The notes beneath the pieces were generated by a model. The model did not search any database, was not told where the DNA came from, and saw only the letters and a program-made list of their open reading frames with translations. Below, piece after piece: positions 16,762 to 27,620 of a stretch of 64,000 bases of DNA. Every line of letters begins with the position of its first letter. The first letter of the stretch is position 1. Both the position numbers and the translations under genes were made by a program. The stretch is from a virus: positions 29,494 through 93,493 of the IMG/VR virus record IMGVR_UViG_3300048586_000548; one strand, 5' to 3'.

Positions 16762-17628
16762 TCAGTCGACGATCAACCACAGCGTACCCTCGGGAGCCGG
16801 GTAGTCCCCGCCCCCAAAGGCCACCGACGGCACCGTGGTGCTGGTGGTGCTGTACACCTTCCCCACCCGCGCGGCGCGCACGGATCCCCCGGCGGCCGCG
16901 CCGATCAGCGGGGCGTCGGCGGGACCATCGTCCCAGCGCACGAACGCGTCGGACCCCGTGGCGTACCCCGCCCCACCGAGCACCGCGCGCGTTGCGTCCG
17001 CCGTACCAGTGATCAGCCCGCCAGAGCGCAGTGCCGCGACCGCCCGAATGTCACCGTTCACGTCCAGCTTGTAGGCCGGATCTGTGCGCGCAATGCCTAC
17101 GTTGGTGCCGTTGTCGTACAGCAGCGAATTGCCGACGACCGTCGACGCGGTAAACTTCGCCAGGTAGTTCGTCGTGCCACTGACCGTGCCGCTCCCCCCG
17201 CCCCCGCCACCGCCGCTGGCATCCAGTGCTCCGGTGGTTCCGTTGTAGGTCAGGTTGGTCCCCAGCTTGACCCGCAGCTGCCCCGACGCCGGATCCACTT
17301 CCAGCCCACCACCCAGGTTGAGCCGCAGGAAGTATTCGGCTTCCATGCCGACCGTCAGGTCTTGCACGAACGTGAAGCCCTGGGGAACGTCCGCCACGGA
17401 ATACAGCTTCAAACTCAGCCGACTCGTGGTGTAGGTCTCACCCGCCACAGTCGCGTTGACACTAGTAATCGTCAGTCCCTTGTCCACCCGAGGCTCCACC
17501 CGCAGGTACGGGAGCCCCGTGGCCGTGTCGCTCAGCCGCATGCCCGACAGCAGCAAGTAGTTCATCGCCACGTCTTGCTTGATCGTATCCACACCCAGGG
17601 TGTGCTGCAGAATGCGCAACTGAATCAT
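16762..17628 (-). CDS. tail fibre-like protein
   Basis: GTTNYLAKFT..GNSLLYDNGTNVGI..PAYKLDVNGDI fibre repeat; ends PAPEGTLWL. Confidence 0.7.
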   Translation of the reverse strand: MIQLRILQHTLGVDTIKQDVAMNYLLLSGMRLSDTATGLPYLRVEPRVDKGLTITSVNATVAGETYTTSRLSLKLYSVADVPQGFTFVQDLTVGMEAEYFLRLNLGGGLEVDPASGQLRVKLGTNLTYNGTTGALDASGGGGGGGSGTVSGTTNYLAKFTASTVVGNSLLYDNGTNVGIARTDPAYKLDVNGDIRAVAALRSGGLITGTADATRAVLGGAGYATGSDAFVRWDDGPADAPLIGAAAGGSVRAARVGKVYSTTSTTVPSVAFGGGDYPAPEGTLWLIVD

Positions 17629-20600
17629 GCGGGTTCTCCGGCATCTTGGCAGTACGCCACCAGGGCCTCAAACTCCACCATGGGGTCGCCCCCGTAGCCC
17701 GGCATCGCCGGACCATTGGTCGCGGCAAAGGTTTGTACCGTCGCCCCACTGGCGGCGTGGACCAGCCGCACGCGATACATCCAATCCGCCCGGAACAAGA
17801 ACACCCCCGGGGTGGGCTCGTACGACCCGGGGAACTGGATGTCCAGTGGCACGTAGATGCAGTGGCTGAAGTGTTCCCAGCTGGTGTTGGACACCGGCAC
17901 GGTCACCAGCGTGTTCCACACGAACGGGTGCACCGTCGACACGTCGATGGCGATCATGTAGAACGGGCTGGGGAACGACGCGTTCAGCGCGGCACCGTTC
18001 CACGTAATACGTCGCGTGTGGGGGGCCGCACAGTACGCAGGCTTCTCCGTGCCGGGATAGAACACGCAGATCCCGCGGTCCGTCGTCGCCACCGAGGCGG
18101 TGAGCGTCGCCGGTCCCGGCGGCGGTGGGGTCGCCGTGGAGGCCCAATAGACCGCCTTGGCGGTCTTGTAACTGGTGGGCCCGCCCCCAAACGGGGTGAA
18201 CGTCACGGTGTAGTTCCATTCCCGACGCACTGCGTCGGCCACGGAGGACAAACTCACGATGTCCTCGCCCACCGCGTGCAAGAACCCGCCGATGTCCGGG
18301 TCACCCGGCGTCACGCCGCTCGGGTCCATCTGCACATCCCGGCCCGCGACCAGGGAGACGATCGTGCTGGCGGTGTCCGACCGCGACGCCGTGATCGTCA
18401 CGGTACCGGTAGTGCTCGGAAAGATCGGGTAGCGCAGTTCCACGTGGTCGGAGGCAGGCGACGCGGTGGCCGTCGCTTCCTTCAGGCCCGGCGTGGATGG
18501 TCCCCCCGAGACGGACGTGGCAAAGGAGCGCGCCCCGTCCCGTCCAAAGGAATTCTCAGGGATCGCGATGCCGTACCACGTCCCCACGGACACGTTGAAC
18601 GTAAAGTTCGTTTGCGACACGCTGCCGCTGAACCGCAAGTACTTGTTGTCGACCGGGCCGTCCTGCGACCCCTCAGTCGTGGTGGGCCAGTTGCCCTTCC
18701 GCAGGTACACGCGCCAGTACTTGGCGTCGTCGTCCGCGCCGCTGATGCTTGCGGTCACGGTATCGGTCGTCGAATCGTAGCTCAAGGCGAAGCCCAGCAG
18801 GCGCGCTTCCGAGTCCGGATCCACCAGGGCGAGACGCGGGTTTTCCTGCACCACGCCGGTCTTGGTCCCAAAGAACTCGAAATAGAACTCGGACGCTCGG
18901 CTCCGAAACTCCTGCCCCGCGGTTGGCAAGAACGGCGTCACCGTGTCGTCGACGGCGATGTTCGTCCGCACCCGCACTTCCACGGCACCGTCCAGCAGCT
19001 CGTAGCCCTCGGTGTATTCCGCCAAGCGCGGCACCGTGCCGATCAGCGTCATCGTGGTGGCGGTGTTAGCCGCCACCTTCCGGATCACGGGCAAGGGCGG
19101 CTTGTCGGTTTCATCCACCAGGCTCTTCGGCCGAGGCAACAGTCGAATGTAGTAGTGATTCAGTGGTGCGGAGGCGTAGGCGTTCACCGTCCACGCCGCG
19201 AGCCCATCGGTCAGCAGGGTGTTGCCTTCCACCGTGCTGAGGCCTGTCGTGTCGCCTGCCGACACCACCGCAGGCAGCGGCACCACGGAGAAGGTGGCAC
19301 GCACCGTGTTCTCGCTGCGGTCGCCGTTCTCGTCCTTGTTGTCGAACGTGACGTACGAGCGCGGGGTCCGCACCAAATTCCGGGTCACCGTACCGCCCGC
19401 GGTGCCCTCCGTCTCGCTGGCCCCCGTATTCCACCCGGCGTAGGGCACCAGCGTCAAGGTCTTCTGCTGGCCCAGCGTCAAACTCACCGTGCCGGTGACG
19501 CGCTTAAAACTGCGGGTGTCCACGTGCCGCGGCACCAGCTCGGTGGGTTCCGGGGGCACGGCCCCCGCCGCAGGCGGATCGACGTACCACTTCACCCCCA
19601 GGGTGTCATCATCCACCACCGCGACGAACGTCACGGTGTTGTTGCTCGGATCGATGGACGTTTCCAGCGACGTGATCGACGGGGTGGAGTCGAAGTCCAC
19701 CAAAAAGGTCAGGGTGTCGCTGTCCAAGTCGTTCGCGTCGGTCGCCCACACCCGAATCCACATGTTGTCGGACTGCCGCTCGAGGGGCACGAATCGCGAC
19801 CGCACGCCGAGCGGGTCGTCCAGCACGGCGTCCAGGGCGTTGTCCACCAGGAACGGGAAGTCTTCCGCCTGCTGCGGCACCGGGAACAGCACGCGCGGCG
19901 TGGTGTCACCCTTCCGCTGGTAGTACAGCGACACGCCCTCGAACGCGGCTTCTTCGGCGGCCATCGGGCTGTAGGCAAAAATTTCCACGAGCGCGTACTT
20001 CGCAGGATCGTTGTACGGAGCCCCGAAGAACGTCTGCTCCGCCGCCACCAGCTGCCGGAACGCCACCACCGGGCCCACCGGGGTGTCCGGGTTGACCACG
20101 TCGTCCGCGGGCGTGTAGTTCCACACCGCGGCGTCGCTCATGGGCTGCTCATTGCGGGACCGGTCGAAGCTGGCGAAGTAGTACGGGCCGTAGTCCTCGG
20201 CGAAAAACGACATTTCGTCTTCGCGGTCAAACAGCCCGAAGTCCGTCATCACCTTATAGTCTTTGTAGATCAGCAGCGCCGTCCCAACGGCTGGGCCAAC
20301 CGGGGGCGCAAACGGATCCGCGCTGTTCCCGTAGACCTCTGGGGACTGGTTCAGCGTGATCGCCCCCGCCGTATTGGAGACCACCGTGTACACCAGCGGG
20401 TCGTCGCCAATCTGCACGTTGAAGCCAATCAGTGCGTCAACCTCGAGCTCCGGGTCGTCCACTTCGACCACGGGCCCTGTGACGGAGAACACCTCGTAGG
20501 GGTACTCGTCGTCGGCGGCACCATTCATGATGTCTTCGCGGTAGTACACGTTCACGCCCTGGTAATCGCGGTCATCCGGTGTCTTAAACCGGACAATCGC

Positions 20601-21752
20601 AATCTTATTGATCACCTTCGGAAAGCCTTCCTCGAAGACAATCGGTCCCGGCGCGAAGGTGTCACCTGCCACCACGTACCGCACATCGCTCAGGCCGGAC
20701 AGCACAGCTTCGTCCAGCAGGCCCACCGACTGCAGCGCGTACTCGTAGGGCAGCCCCGCCACCACGGCCAGGTCCTTGTATTCCATGACTGGAGCGCTGC
20801 CGGTGCGGGCGATCCGGATCAGCTCGCTGAACGAGCCCACTGCCGCCTGGGCGCCCACCCAGCCCGGATCAGACTCGCTGAACCCCAGTGGGAGTCGACA
20901 CCGCACCTCGGTGTTCTCGTCGTCATCCAGCTGCACGCGCACCACGGTGCCCACCGCATACGAGCCCGACAGCAGATTGGCGCCCGTCGCGATGGTGCCC
21001 GTGTGGTCGCCCTTGATGGTGACCACGAACTGATCGTCCAGCGCCACCGCGCCGACCGTCAAGATCAGTCCGTCGTCGTCCACCAAAGTGCCGATATCCG
21101 TCGGGGTCCGACGCAGCACGCGGTACCCCCCGGCGGTGGCCGCGGCGAACCACGTCAGCGTGTTCACCGCCGCCCCGGTCTGGGCGTCCAAGTACCCCGT
21201 GCGCAGGTTCTGCCACACCGGACGCGGCGGGCTTTCCGACAACCCACTCAGGGGCAGCGACACCGGCACCTGCACCGACGTGCGTGGGGCCTGCAGCAGC
21301 ACCGCCACCACGTACCGGCCCGGAGGAAATTGCAGCGGAATCGAGCCACTGCCCTGCCCGCGGCGCACCAGTGTTTCGTCGACGTACACCGCGTACTTGC
21401 CGCCGCTGCCCCCGAGCTCGAGCTGCAGATTCGCCGACACGGACTTCGGGGTATCGACCACCGCGCGGAGCATTTGCACCGTGCCCGTCGGCGCCGTAAA
21501 CGACACAAATCCGTCCGCGCACTGCAGCAGCGCACCGCGGCCGGTCGCCGACAAGAACGCCTGGTAGAACTCTTCCAGCTCCGGCAACACCGTGCCCGGA
21601 AGTTCCAGCAACAGCCAGGACTGCCCACTACCGTCGTTCAGCGCCGACAAGTCGCTCTGCACGGCACCGTACCAATTCCCGACCGGCCCGCCGATCTTGT
21701 TGGTATCCTGCCGAATCAGCTTGCGGACCATTTCCAGCAGTGACAACGCCAT
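17625..21752 (-). CDS. large tail/baseplate protein (1375 aa) with Ig/FN3-like domains
   Basis: Long beta-rich ORF downstream of the hub-like gene; LTW..GYRVLRR and YKDLAV..GLPYEYAL FN3-like motifs. Confidence 0.65.
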   Translation of the reverse strand: MALSLLEMVRKLIRQDTNKIGGPVGNWYGAVQSDLSALNDGSGQSWLLLELPGTVLPELEEFYQAFLSATGRGALLQCADGFVSFTAPTGTVQMLRAVVDTPKSVSANLQLELGGSGGKYAVYVDETLVRRGQGSGSIPLQFPPGRYVVAVLLQAPRTSVQVPVSLPLSGLSESPPRPVWQNLRTGYLDAQTGAAVNTLTWFAAATAGGYRVLRRTPTDIGTLVDDDGLILTVGAVALDDQFVVTIKGDHTGTIATGANLLSGSYAVGTVVRVQLDDDENTEVRCRLPLGFSESDPGWVGAQAAVGSFSELIRIARTGSAPVMEYKDLAVVAGLPYEYALQSVGLLDEAVLSGLSDVRYVVAGDTFAPGPIVFEEGFPKVINKIAIVRFKTPDDRDYQGVNVYYREDIMNGAADDEYPYEVFSVTGPVVEVDDPELEVDALIGFNVQIGDDPLVYTVVSNTAGAITLNQSPEVYGNSADPFAPPVGPAVGTALLIYKDYKVMTDFGLFDREDEMSFFAEDYGPYYFASFDRSRNEQPMSDAAVWNYTPADDVVNPDTPVGPVVAFRQLVAAEQTFFGAPYNDPAKYALVEIFAYSPMAAEEAAFEGVSLYYQRKGDTTPRVLFPVPQQAEDFPFLVDNALDAVLDDPLGVRSRFVPLERQSDNMWIRVWATDANDLDSDTLTFLVDFDSTPSITSLETSIDPSNNTVTFVAVVDDDTLGVKWYVDPPAAGAVPPEPTELVPRHVDTRSFKRVTGTVSLTLGQQKTLTLVPYAGWNTGASETEGTAGGTVTRNLVRTPRSYVTFDNKDENGDRSENTVRATFSVVPLPAVVSAGDTTGLSTVEGNTLLTDGLAAWTVNAYASAPLNHYYIRLLPRPKSLVDETDKPPLPVIRKVAANTATTMTLIGTVPRLAEYTEGYELLDGAVEVRVRTNIAVDDTVTPFLPTAGQEFRSRASEFYFEFFGTKTGVVQENPRLALVDPDSEARLLGFALSYDSTTDTVTASISGADDDAKYWRVYLRKGNWPTTTEGSQDGPVDNKYLRFSGSVSQTNFTFNVSVGTWYGIAIPENSFGRDGARSFATSVSGGPSTPGLKEATATASPASDHVELRYPIFPSTTGTVTITASRSDTASTIVSLVAGRDVQMDPSGVTPGDPDIGGFLHAVGEDIVSLSSVADAVRREWNYTVTFTPFGGGPTSYKTAKAVYWASTATPPPPGPATLTASVATTDRGICVFYPGTEKPAYCAAPHTRRITWNGAALNASFPSPFYMIAIDVSTVHPFVWNTLVTVPVSNTSWEHFSHCIYVPLDIQFPGSYEPTPGVFLFRADWMYRVRLVHAASGATVQTFAATNGPAMPGYGGDPMVEFEALVAYCQDAGEPA

Positions 21753-21755
21753 CGC

Positions 21756-24700
21756 TTAGCTCCCACCCCGGCGCGCTGGTACCAAGACCAGGTGCGTCGC
21801 CAAATAAGTCGTCTGTGCCAGTGCCTTGCCCACGGCCACTGGCTGATGTCCGGTCGCGAACGGGGACAACAGCGTTGCCTCGAACTTTTCCGAACTGTTG
21901 TGGCCGAACGCCCATCCCGAGAGCAGTGATCCGCCCGTGATGTCGTCCTTCCAGCCCACCCATGCGCCCGCGTCGTACCGCACGCTGTTGTTCACCGAGC
22001 TGCCCTGGTAGCGCGTGCGCCACCAGTACGCAGCGGCGTACGCTTCCCGGCCACTCTCAAAGCTGGGGAACAGTCCGGGCGATTCCCACACGTACTCGGA
22101 CCGGAACTTCAGCCCAAACCATTCCAGCACATTGGTATGAAACTTCGGATACGCAGGGTTCTTGCGCGCCATGCCCGTGACAATCTCTTCGTACACATAG
22201 TTGTTGATGTAGTACGGCCCCGACGGCGCAATTTTGACCGGGGCTTCCCCGGGGCGCTTGTTGCGGCTGTACATCCCGCGCAGCTCTTCGTAATGCGTCC
22301 ACTCGACCTGCCGCACGTAATCAAGGGTGTCGCCAGTAACGGACAACGCGCCCGACCCTACGGCGAGCTTAAAGGGCCACTGGCTGGCGTCCACCTTGGA
22401 CTTCGGCCAGAAGCGCAGCGGAGAGCCCGTCGGCTCGCGCACCGGGCTCGACCACACTTCGGCCGCCGCGATGTCCGCCCCTTCGTTCTTCTCTTGCCCG
22501 TCCACCTCGCCCACGTAGTCGTGCCGCTCACTCTCGGTCGTCGCAAAGCAGTAGAACTGCCGCAAGTCGATTTCAGAGTTCTCGGTCAGGTTCAACGCGG
22601 CGTAGCTCGGCGTTTTGGTGCCCAAGTACCGCGGCACGCACATCGGCGGCACCAGGTGGTACGGATGCAGATCTCGGCTGATCGACGGCACCCACGTGGG
22701 ATTGGTCTCCCACGTCCAGGTGCCCAGCGCGGCGGGGAGTACCCGGTTATTGGTCGCCCACTGCGCGGGCATGATGCTATCGGCCAGTCCCAAGTGCGCG
22801 ATGGTGTACTGGTCCGCGGCCAGTCCGAGGGTGAGCCACGGCTCCTGGGCGAACCCGATCGTAGTGGCCAGCCCGCTGGTCGTCATCTCGTGCTGCCACC
22901 ACCAATGCTCCAGCAGGTGGTCCAACAGAGACCCCGAGCTCGCGCCGTGCGCCGCCAACTGCCCCGACTTCCACCCCGGCTCCTTGGTCCACTGGCGACA
23001 CACCACCGTACGCCGGTGCGCGTACATGGCATCGTCTTCCCACGTCACCGCCGTGGTCTGGTTACTGATCTTGGCCTGGTCCACGAAGCTGCGGTTGATG
23101 CCCCAACTGGATCGTCCGGACCGGTCCGTGGCGTACGCCGACAGGTAGAAGAGGTAGCTCATGAGTGCGAAGTTCAACCGCGCGCGACCTGAGGCGATGC
23201 CCCGGGTCTCGGACCAACCCGGCACCTCCTCGAGCTGCAAGTAATCGCCGAATTCCAGCGACTGCGGCAACCCAGTGAACTCGAAGGCCGCTCGGAAGTC
23301 CTGCGGGCGGAACACCCACTCGGTGACCCCCGCGTCACCGTCGGTCCACTTGAACGTCTTCGCCTTGCGGTACCCCTGGTCATTGAAGCTCAGGGTGTGC
23401 TCGTCATTGTGCAGCAGCCGGTTCACCAAGATGCGCTGCTCGACCGTCGTTTCCGGGTACACTTGTCCCGTGAACTGTGCCGACTGGTCGCCAATGATTG
23501 CCTTGAGGTGCACCTGGCGATTCAACTTCACTGAAATTTCCGACGTCCGGCCCGCCCACAGGCCCCCGGGGCGATCCGCCACCTTGAAACGCACGCGCAC
23601 GGGCTTGTCGTTGGCGATATACGCAGCAAGACTCGTCTTCGACCCCGAACCGCCCGCGGGCGTTTCCCAGCCGCCCGTACCGCCCGGAACGTAGCCGCCC
23701 GCGCTGGTCCAGTCGTCGATCTTGAGCTCGATCTTGGTGGGCTCCGGCAGGTGCGTCAGCACCCGCAACTCGGGCAACGCCAAGTCCTGATCGTCGATCA
23801 GCCGCAGTTCCGCATCCACCGGATCCGTCAAGGCCTCGAGGTACACAAACCACTCCCCGAACGTCCCCTGCCCGATCAGCGGCTTGCCGCTACCGTCCAA
23901 GCCGGTCCACACCACCGCCAGCTCGCCCAGCTTGCCGCCGCTGAGCTCTTGGTTCCAGGCATAGAAGCCCTTGCCGATGCGCGGCCGCTGGTCCGGCTCG
24001 AACGTGCCCTCCACCAGCGTGGCGTACAGCTCGGACTGCGTGGCATTCCACTCGCCCAGCTGGTCCACGCCGTCCCACTTGAACTGCCGCTTAGCGCCGA
24101 CCGTCAGGTACTGCCAGTGCCGCTCCGGTTCGGCTGGGTCGGCCGTCGGCTCGGTCAACCAGGCCACGATCGTATTGTCCACCGCTGAACGCACCGACAA
24201 TCGGTAGAGCCCGTCCGCCAGGACGTCCATCTGTGCGGTAACGACCTCCCCCAGTTCCGAAGCGTACGGGTCGTAGAACGGGCTGTACGGCAGGGTATTG
24301 CTGAGCGGCACCTTCGCGGCCGTGTACGGCTCTGCGCTCGCCGCCATGCGCCGGTACCGGACGTTGAACGTCGGGTACGCCGGGCGGGCGAAGCGCGCCG
24401 CGACGCCGTCACCCTGCTTCCACGGCAGGGCGAGCTGCGGCGTCGCGTAGTCCACAGTGAAGAATTCATGGTACGGCGTGTTGGCCAACCATCCGGACAG
24501 CGCGCCCACCACGTGACTGCCGTTCACGCGCGCGCGCCAGTCGATACCCAGTGTGACCGGATACTCCAACGTAAACTTCTTGCCCACGCGCACTTCCACC
24601 GCACGATTCCCGGTCCGGGGCACCGTGACGATTTCGTAGTAGAACAACCCCAACTTGTCCGTACCCGCCGGGAACATCTGGCCGGACGGCAACTCGGCAA

Positions 24701-27617
24701 ACGCCGCAGTGAGCGTCGTGTCGGACCCCAGCTCAACCCGTCCCACGAGCATTCCCTGCTTCGGGACCGCCGGGCCGTCAATAAACGCTGAGTAGAGGGT
24801 CACACTGGTCGGGGCCACGCCCGGAGAACCCGTCGGACTGATCTGCACCGTCCCAGGCTGCGGGGGCCACGGCGCCCCGCCCGGCAGGACCAACGACGGC
24901 ACGCCGCCAGGGCTGGTCACCGGCACGTTCGCGTACTCCACGATGTCCCCGCCTGCCGCCACCGGCAGGTCCTTGCTCGGGATGTACGCCTGGCTCGTCG
25001 GGTTCAGGACCTTGTGGCCGCTGACCGAGGTGTAGCCAATCTGCATGCGCGCAATGGGCCGGTTACCGAACTTCGACAAATCGATGTCCGTCCGGGGCTC
25101 ATACGCCGGGTAGTCCGGCCACGAGTTGGTATCAAGCGTGGTGCGGAACCGATTGGGCTGCAGGGTGTGCGTGACCTTGCGCACAAACTGCGTGGCCGTG
25201 GTGTTTGTGGTGTCGTAGCGTGTTTCGGCGACCGCAATCGGATCGCCCACTTCCACCATCGGCAGCAGCGGGTGTTCCACCGTCGTGCCCGGAATGGGCA
25301 CGGACTGTCGATAGATAAACGTCTGCGCCAAGTAGTTGGCGAAGCCGTCGTCCGCAATCGAGTCGTCGTAGATCACCGCGTGCTTCGGGTAGCCCACGTG
25401 GTTCTTGGCCAGGGGGTTCACGATCGACTGCAGATCCACCGCGTTGGCCACCACGAACTCAGTTTCCGTCGGCGCCTTGGCCTCTTCGAACTTCTCGCTG
25501 TCCGTGATCGCCGCCTTCTTGCGGCCCACGATCGTGACCTTGTTCCGCACCTCGTCTTGCTGCGCGCGGGTCGTCACGGTCAGCGCCGTGTCGTCAGTCG
25601 AAAGCGTGGGCAGCTTGGTGCGCAGCGGGTCCTGGGCGTAGCAGAGCAAGCAGTCGATGTACGACTTGGTGCCTCCGCTCAGGGTATCCGCCGTCAGTGT
25701 GACCACGTACTCGTCGTAGTCGCCGGAGAACAGCGTCGCCACCGTCGGGTTGGACCCCTGGGCAATCACCGGGCTGTTAAACAGCAATCGCGGGTCTTCC
25801 AGCACGTCACCGGACACACTCGGGTTCACGGTGCCCGTCGCGACCGGATCGCCGCCGCTCGACTTGCTCACCGAGATCTCCCAGGCCCGCGCATCAGCGT
25901 TCCGTGGAAAGGCCGCGTCAATGCGCGAGGCCCGCACCGTCGCCTGCACGGTCACCGGGTCGGTGGTCGTGAAGTACGTGGCGCCGTAGGCCGACGGATC
26001 CAGTTGCTCCGTCAACGTGCCCACCGTTGCGTTGAGTTCGGTCAGCTCCTCGATGTACGTCGGCAAATTCGCGGGGCGCAAGAACGCAGCTCCCGACGCA
26101 TCGAAGCCGCACAAGTACCCCAGCCGGTCCGTCAGCTCGCGCGTGCGGGCCCACAGGTCCTTCGTGGGCTCCACCACGAAGATGTATTCGTCGTCGAACG
26201 GCCGCGATTCCGTGAAGCTGAAGCCCACGTTGCCGTAATGCACCGGGCGCGGCAGCTTGAGCCGCAGCCCCTTGGTGGACACCGCCCGGAAGCGTGGCAA
26301 GGTCGAACCGCGGACCAGCACCGGCGTGCCGAGGCCGTTCGACTGCACGGCCACTTCGGTGCGGCGGTAGCAGCTGGGGTCCACGCCTGCCCGGACGCCC
26401 ATCTCCTCGACGGCGTACGCCAGCGGCCAGTTGTCGAAGGCCGGGACGTTGTACACCGGCTGGGCCCGCTGTCCCGGCTCTGCGTTGAACAAGTCCAGCA
26501 GACGGAAGCCCCGGGCCATGTAGCTAATGCGATCGGGCGTCTGCTCGTACTGCTCGACCATGCGCCCCTCGAGCCCGACACACGTGATCGTCAGCTTGCC
26601 GTCCGAGCCGGATCCGAAGTCGTCCACAAAGCCCGTGAAGAGCGGTGTGTATTCGTCCAGGGTGTCGGGCCGTGCGACGCGGATCTGCACCAGCCGCTTG
26701 CGTCGCAGCGAATGCTGCAACGACCCGCCGTCGTACACGTCCAGCTGTCCCGGGTCCGAGGTCAGCGACGGGCGGTTGAACACCCACCCATGCCCGTCGT
26801 TGTTCTCGGGGTTCAGCAGCGGCACCACGACTTCTGCGCGGCTCGCCGCGCCCGGCTCCTGGGTGATCGACGCGCTCAGAATGAACGGCAGCACGGCCGC
26901 CTCGAGCGGCGCATCGGCCGCGAACAACGATGCGCTCAGGACCGGCGCTTCGGCCGTGGCCCGCTCGAGCTCGTCGTCCGCGGGCAGTGCCCCCGGCAGC
27001 GCCTTGACGACCAGCCCACCCCAGGGCTCGGTGCCGGACTGCACGTAGTAGACAAACAGCTCGTCGTCGGGCAGGAAGGTGTGGGTCGCGGAGTAGCTGA
27101 AGCCGTCGATCACGAAGCCCACTTCGCTCAGGTCGTCGGCGAACAGGTTCGTGGTTACCCCGCCCCGCACCACGTCAATCCGAACGAAGCCACTCCCAGC
27201 CAGCCCAAACGTCAGCGTGTCGCTCCCCGGCAGCCAGGCCCGCATCGCGGACGGCAGCAGCACCCCGGAGAAGCACACCGCCACCTGGCCCGGCGTGGAC
27301 ACACCCCACCAGCCGGGGGCGCCGCTGCCCCAGTACGACTGCACCACCGGCCACCGGCCCGTGCGCCCCGCGCCCTCGTACACCACCGGACGCGACAGCC
27401 CGCTCAGGAAGTCCGACTCCGGGTTCGACGACGCCTGCAGGGCGGCCACGTAGGTGCCCCAGCTCTCACTGGTGACGGCCTCCTGCACCCGGAGCCGCAT
27501 ACCGGTCGTGGCCTTCCCGTCCTCCAAGGAGGAGTAGGGCGTGTCCCACGCGGCCACTTCAAACTGCCACTGCTGGTCGACGCTGAAGAACGCCGCCGCG
27601 CTGGGCACTGGTTGCAT
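21756..27617 (-). CDS. large tail hub/central-fibre-like protein (1953 aa)
   Basis: PLFTGFVD, LTITCVG, VRNKVTIVG, PMVEVGDPI hub-like motifs; FKWDGVDQLG FlgD-Ig-like segment. Confidence 0.7.
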   Translation of the reverse strand: MQPVPSAAAFFSVDQQWQFEVAAWDTPYSSLEDGKATTGMRLRVQEAVTSESWGTYVAALQASSNPESDFLSGLSRPVVYEGAGRTGRWPVVQSYWGSGAPGWWGVSTPGQVAVCFSGVLLPSAMRAWLPGSDTLTFGLAGSGFVRIDVVRGGVTTNLFADDLSEVGFVIDGFSYSATHTFLPDDELFVYYVQSGTEPWGGLVVKALPGALPADDELERATAEAPVLSASLFAADAPLEAAVLPFILSASITQEPGAASRAEVVVPLLNPENNDGHGWVFNRPSLTSDPGQLDVYDGGSLQHSLRRKRLVQIRVARPDTLDEYTPLFTGFVDDFGSGSDGKLTITCVGLEGRMVEQYEQTPDRISYMARGFRLLDLFNAEPGQRAQPVYNVPAFDNWPLAYAVEEMGVRAGVDPSCYRRTEVAVQSNGLGTPVLVRGSTLPRFRAVSTKGLRLKLPRPVHYGNVGFSFTESRPFDDEYIFVVEPTKDLWARTRELTDRLGYLCGFDASGAAFLRPANLPTYIEELTELNATVGTLTEQLDPSAYGATYFTTTDPVTVQATVRASRIDAAFPRNADARAWEISVSKSSGGDPVATGTVNPSVSGDVLEDPRLLFNSPVIAQGSNPTVATLFSGDYDEYVVTLTADTLSGGTKSYIDCLLCYAQDPLRTKLPTLSTDDTALTVTTRAQQDEVRNKVTIVGRKKAAITDSEKFEEAKAPTETEFVVANAVDLQSIVNPLAKNHVGYPKHAVIYDDSIADDGFANYLAQTFIYRQSVPIPGTTVEHPLLPMVEVGDPIAVAETRYDTTNTTATQFVRKVTHTLQPNRFRTTLDTNSWPDYPAYEPRTDIDLSKFGNRPIARMQIGYTSVSGHKVLNPTSQAYIPSKDLPVAAGGDIVEYANVPVTSPGGVPSLVLPGGAPWPPQPGTVQISPTGSPGVAPTSVTLYSAFIDGPAVPKQGMLVGRVELGSDTTLTAAFAELPSGQMFPAGTDKLGLFYYEIVTVPRTGNRAVEVRVGKKFTLEYPVTLGIDWRARVNGSHVVGALSGWLANTPYHEFFTVDYATPQLALPWKQGDGVAARFARPAYPTFNVRYRRMAASAEPYTAAKVPLSNTLPYSPFYDPYASELGEVVTAQMDVLADGLYRLSVRSAVDNTIVAWLTEPTADPAEPERHWQYLTVGAKRQFKWDGVDQLGEWNATQSELYATLVEGTFEPDQRPRIGKGFYAWNQELSGGKLGELAVVWTGLDGSGKPLIGQGTFGEWFVYLEALTDPVDAELRLIDDQDLALPELRVLTHLPEPTKIELKIDDWTSAGGYVPGGTGGWETPAGGSGSKTSLAAYIANDKPVRVRFKVADRPGGLWAGRTSEISVKLNRQVHLKAIIGDQSAQFTGQVYPETTVEQRILVNRLLHNDEHTLSFNDQGYRKAKTFKWTDGDAGVTEWVFRPQDFRAAFEFTGLPQSLEFGDYLQLEEVPGWSETRGIASGRARLNFALMSYLFYLSAYATDRSGRSSWGINRSFVDQAKISNQTTAVTWEDDAMYAHRRTVVCRQWTKEPGWKSGQLAAHGASSGSLLDHLLEHWWWQHEMTTSGLATTIGFAQEPWLTLGLAADQYTIAHLGLADSIMPAQWATNNRVLPAALGTWTWETNPTWVPSISRDLHPYHLVPPMCVPRYLGTKTPSYAALNLTENSEIDLRQFYCFATTESERHDYVGEVDGQEKNEGADIAAAEVWSSPVREPTGSPLRFWPKSKVDASQWPFKLAVGSGALSVTGDTLDYVRQVEWTHYEELRGMYSRNKRPGEAPVKIAPSGPYYINNYVYEEIVTGMARKNPAYPKFHTNVLEWFGLKFRSEYVWESPGLFPSFESGREAYAAAYWWRTRYQGSSVNNSVRYDAGAWVGWKDDITGGSLLSGWAFGHNSSEKFEATLLSPFATGHQPVAVGKALAQTTYLATHLVLVPARRGGS

Positions 27618-27620
27618 TGC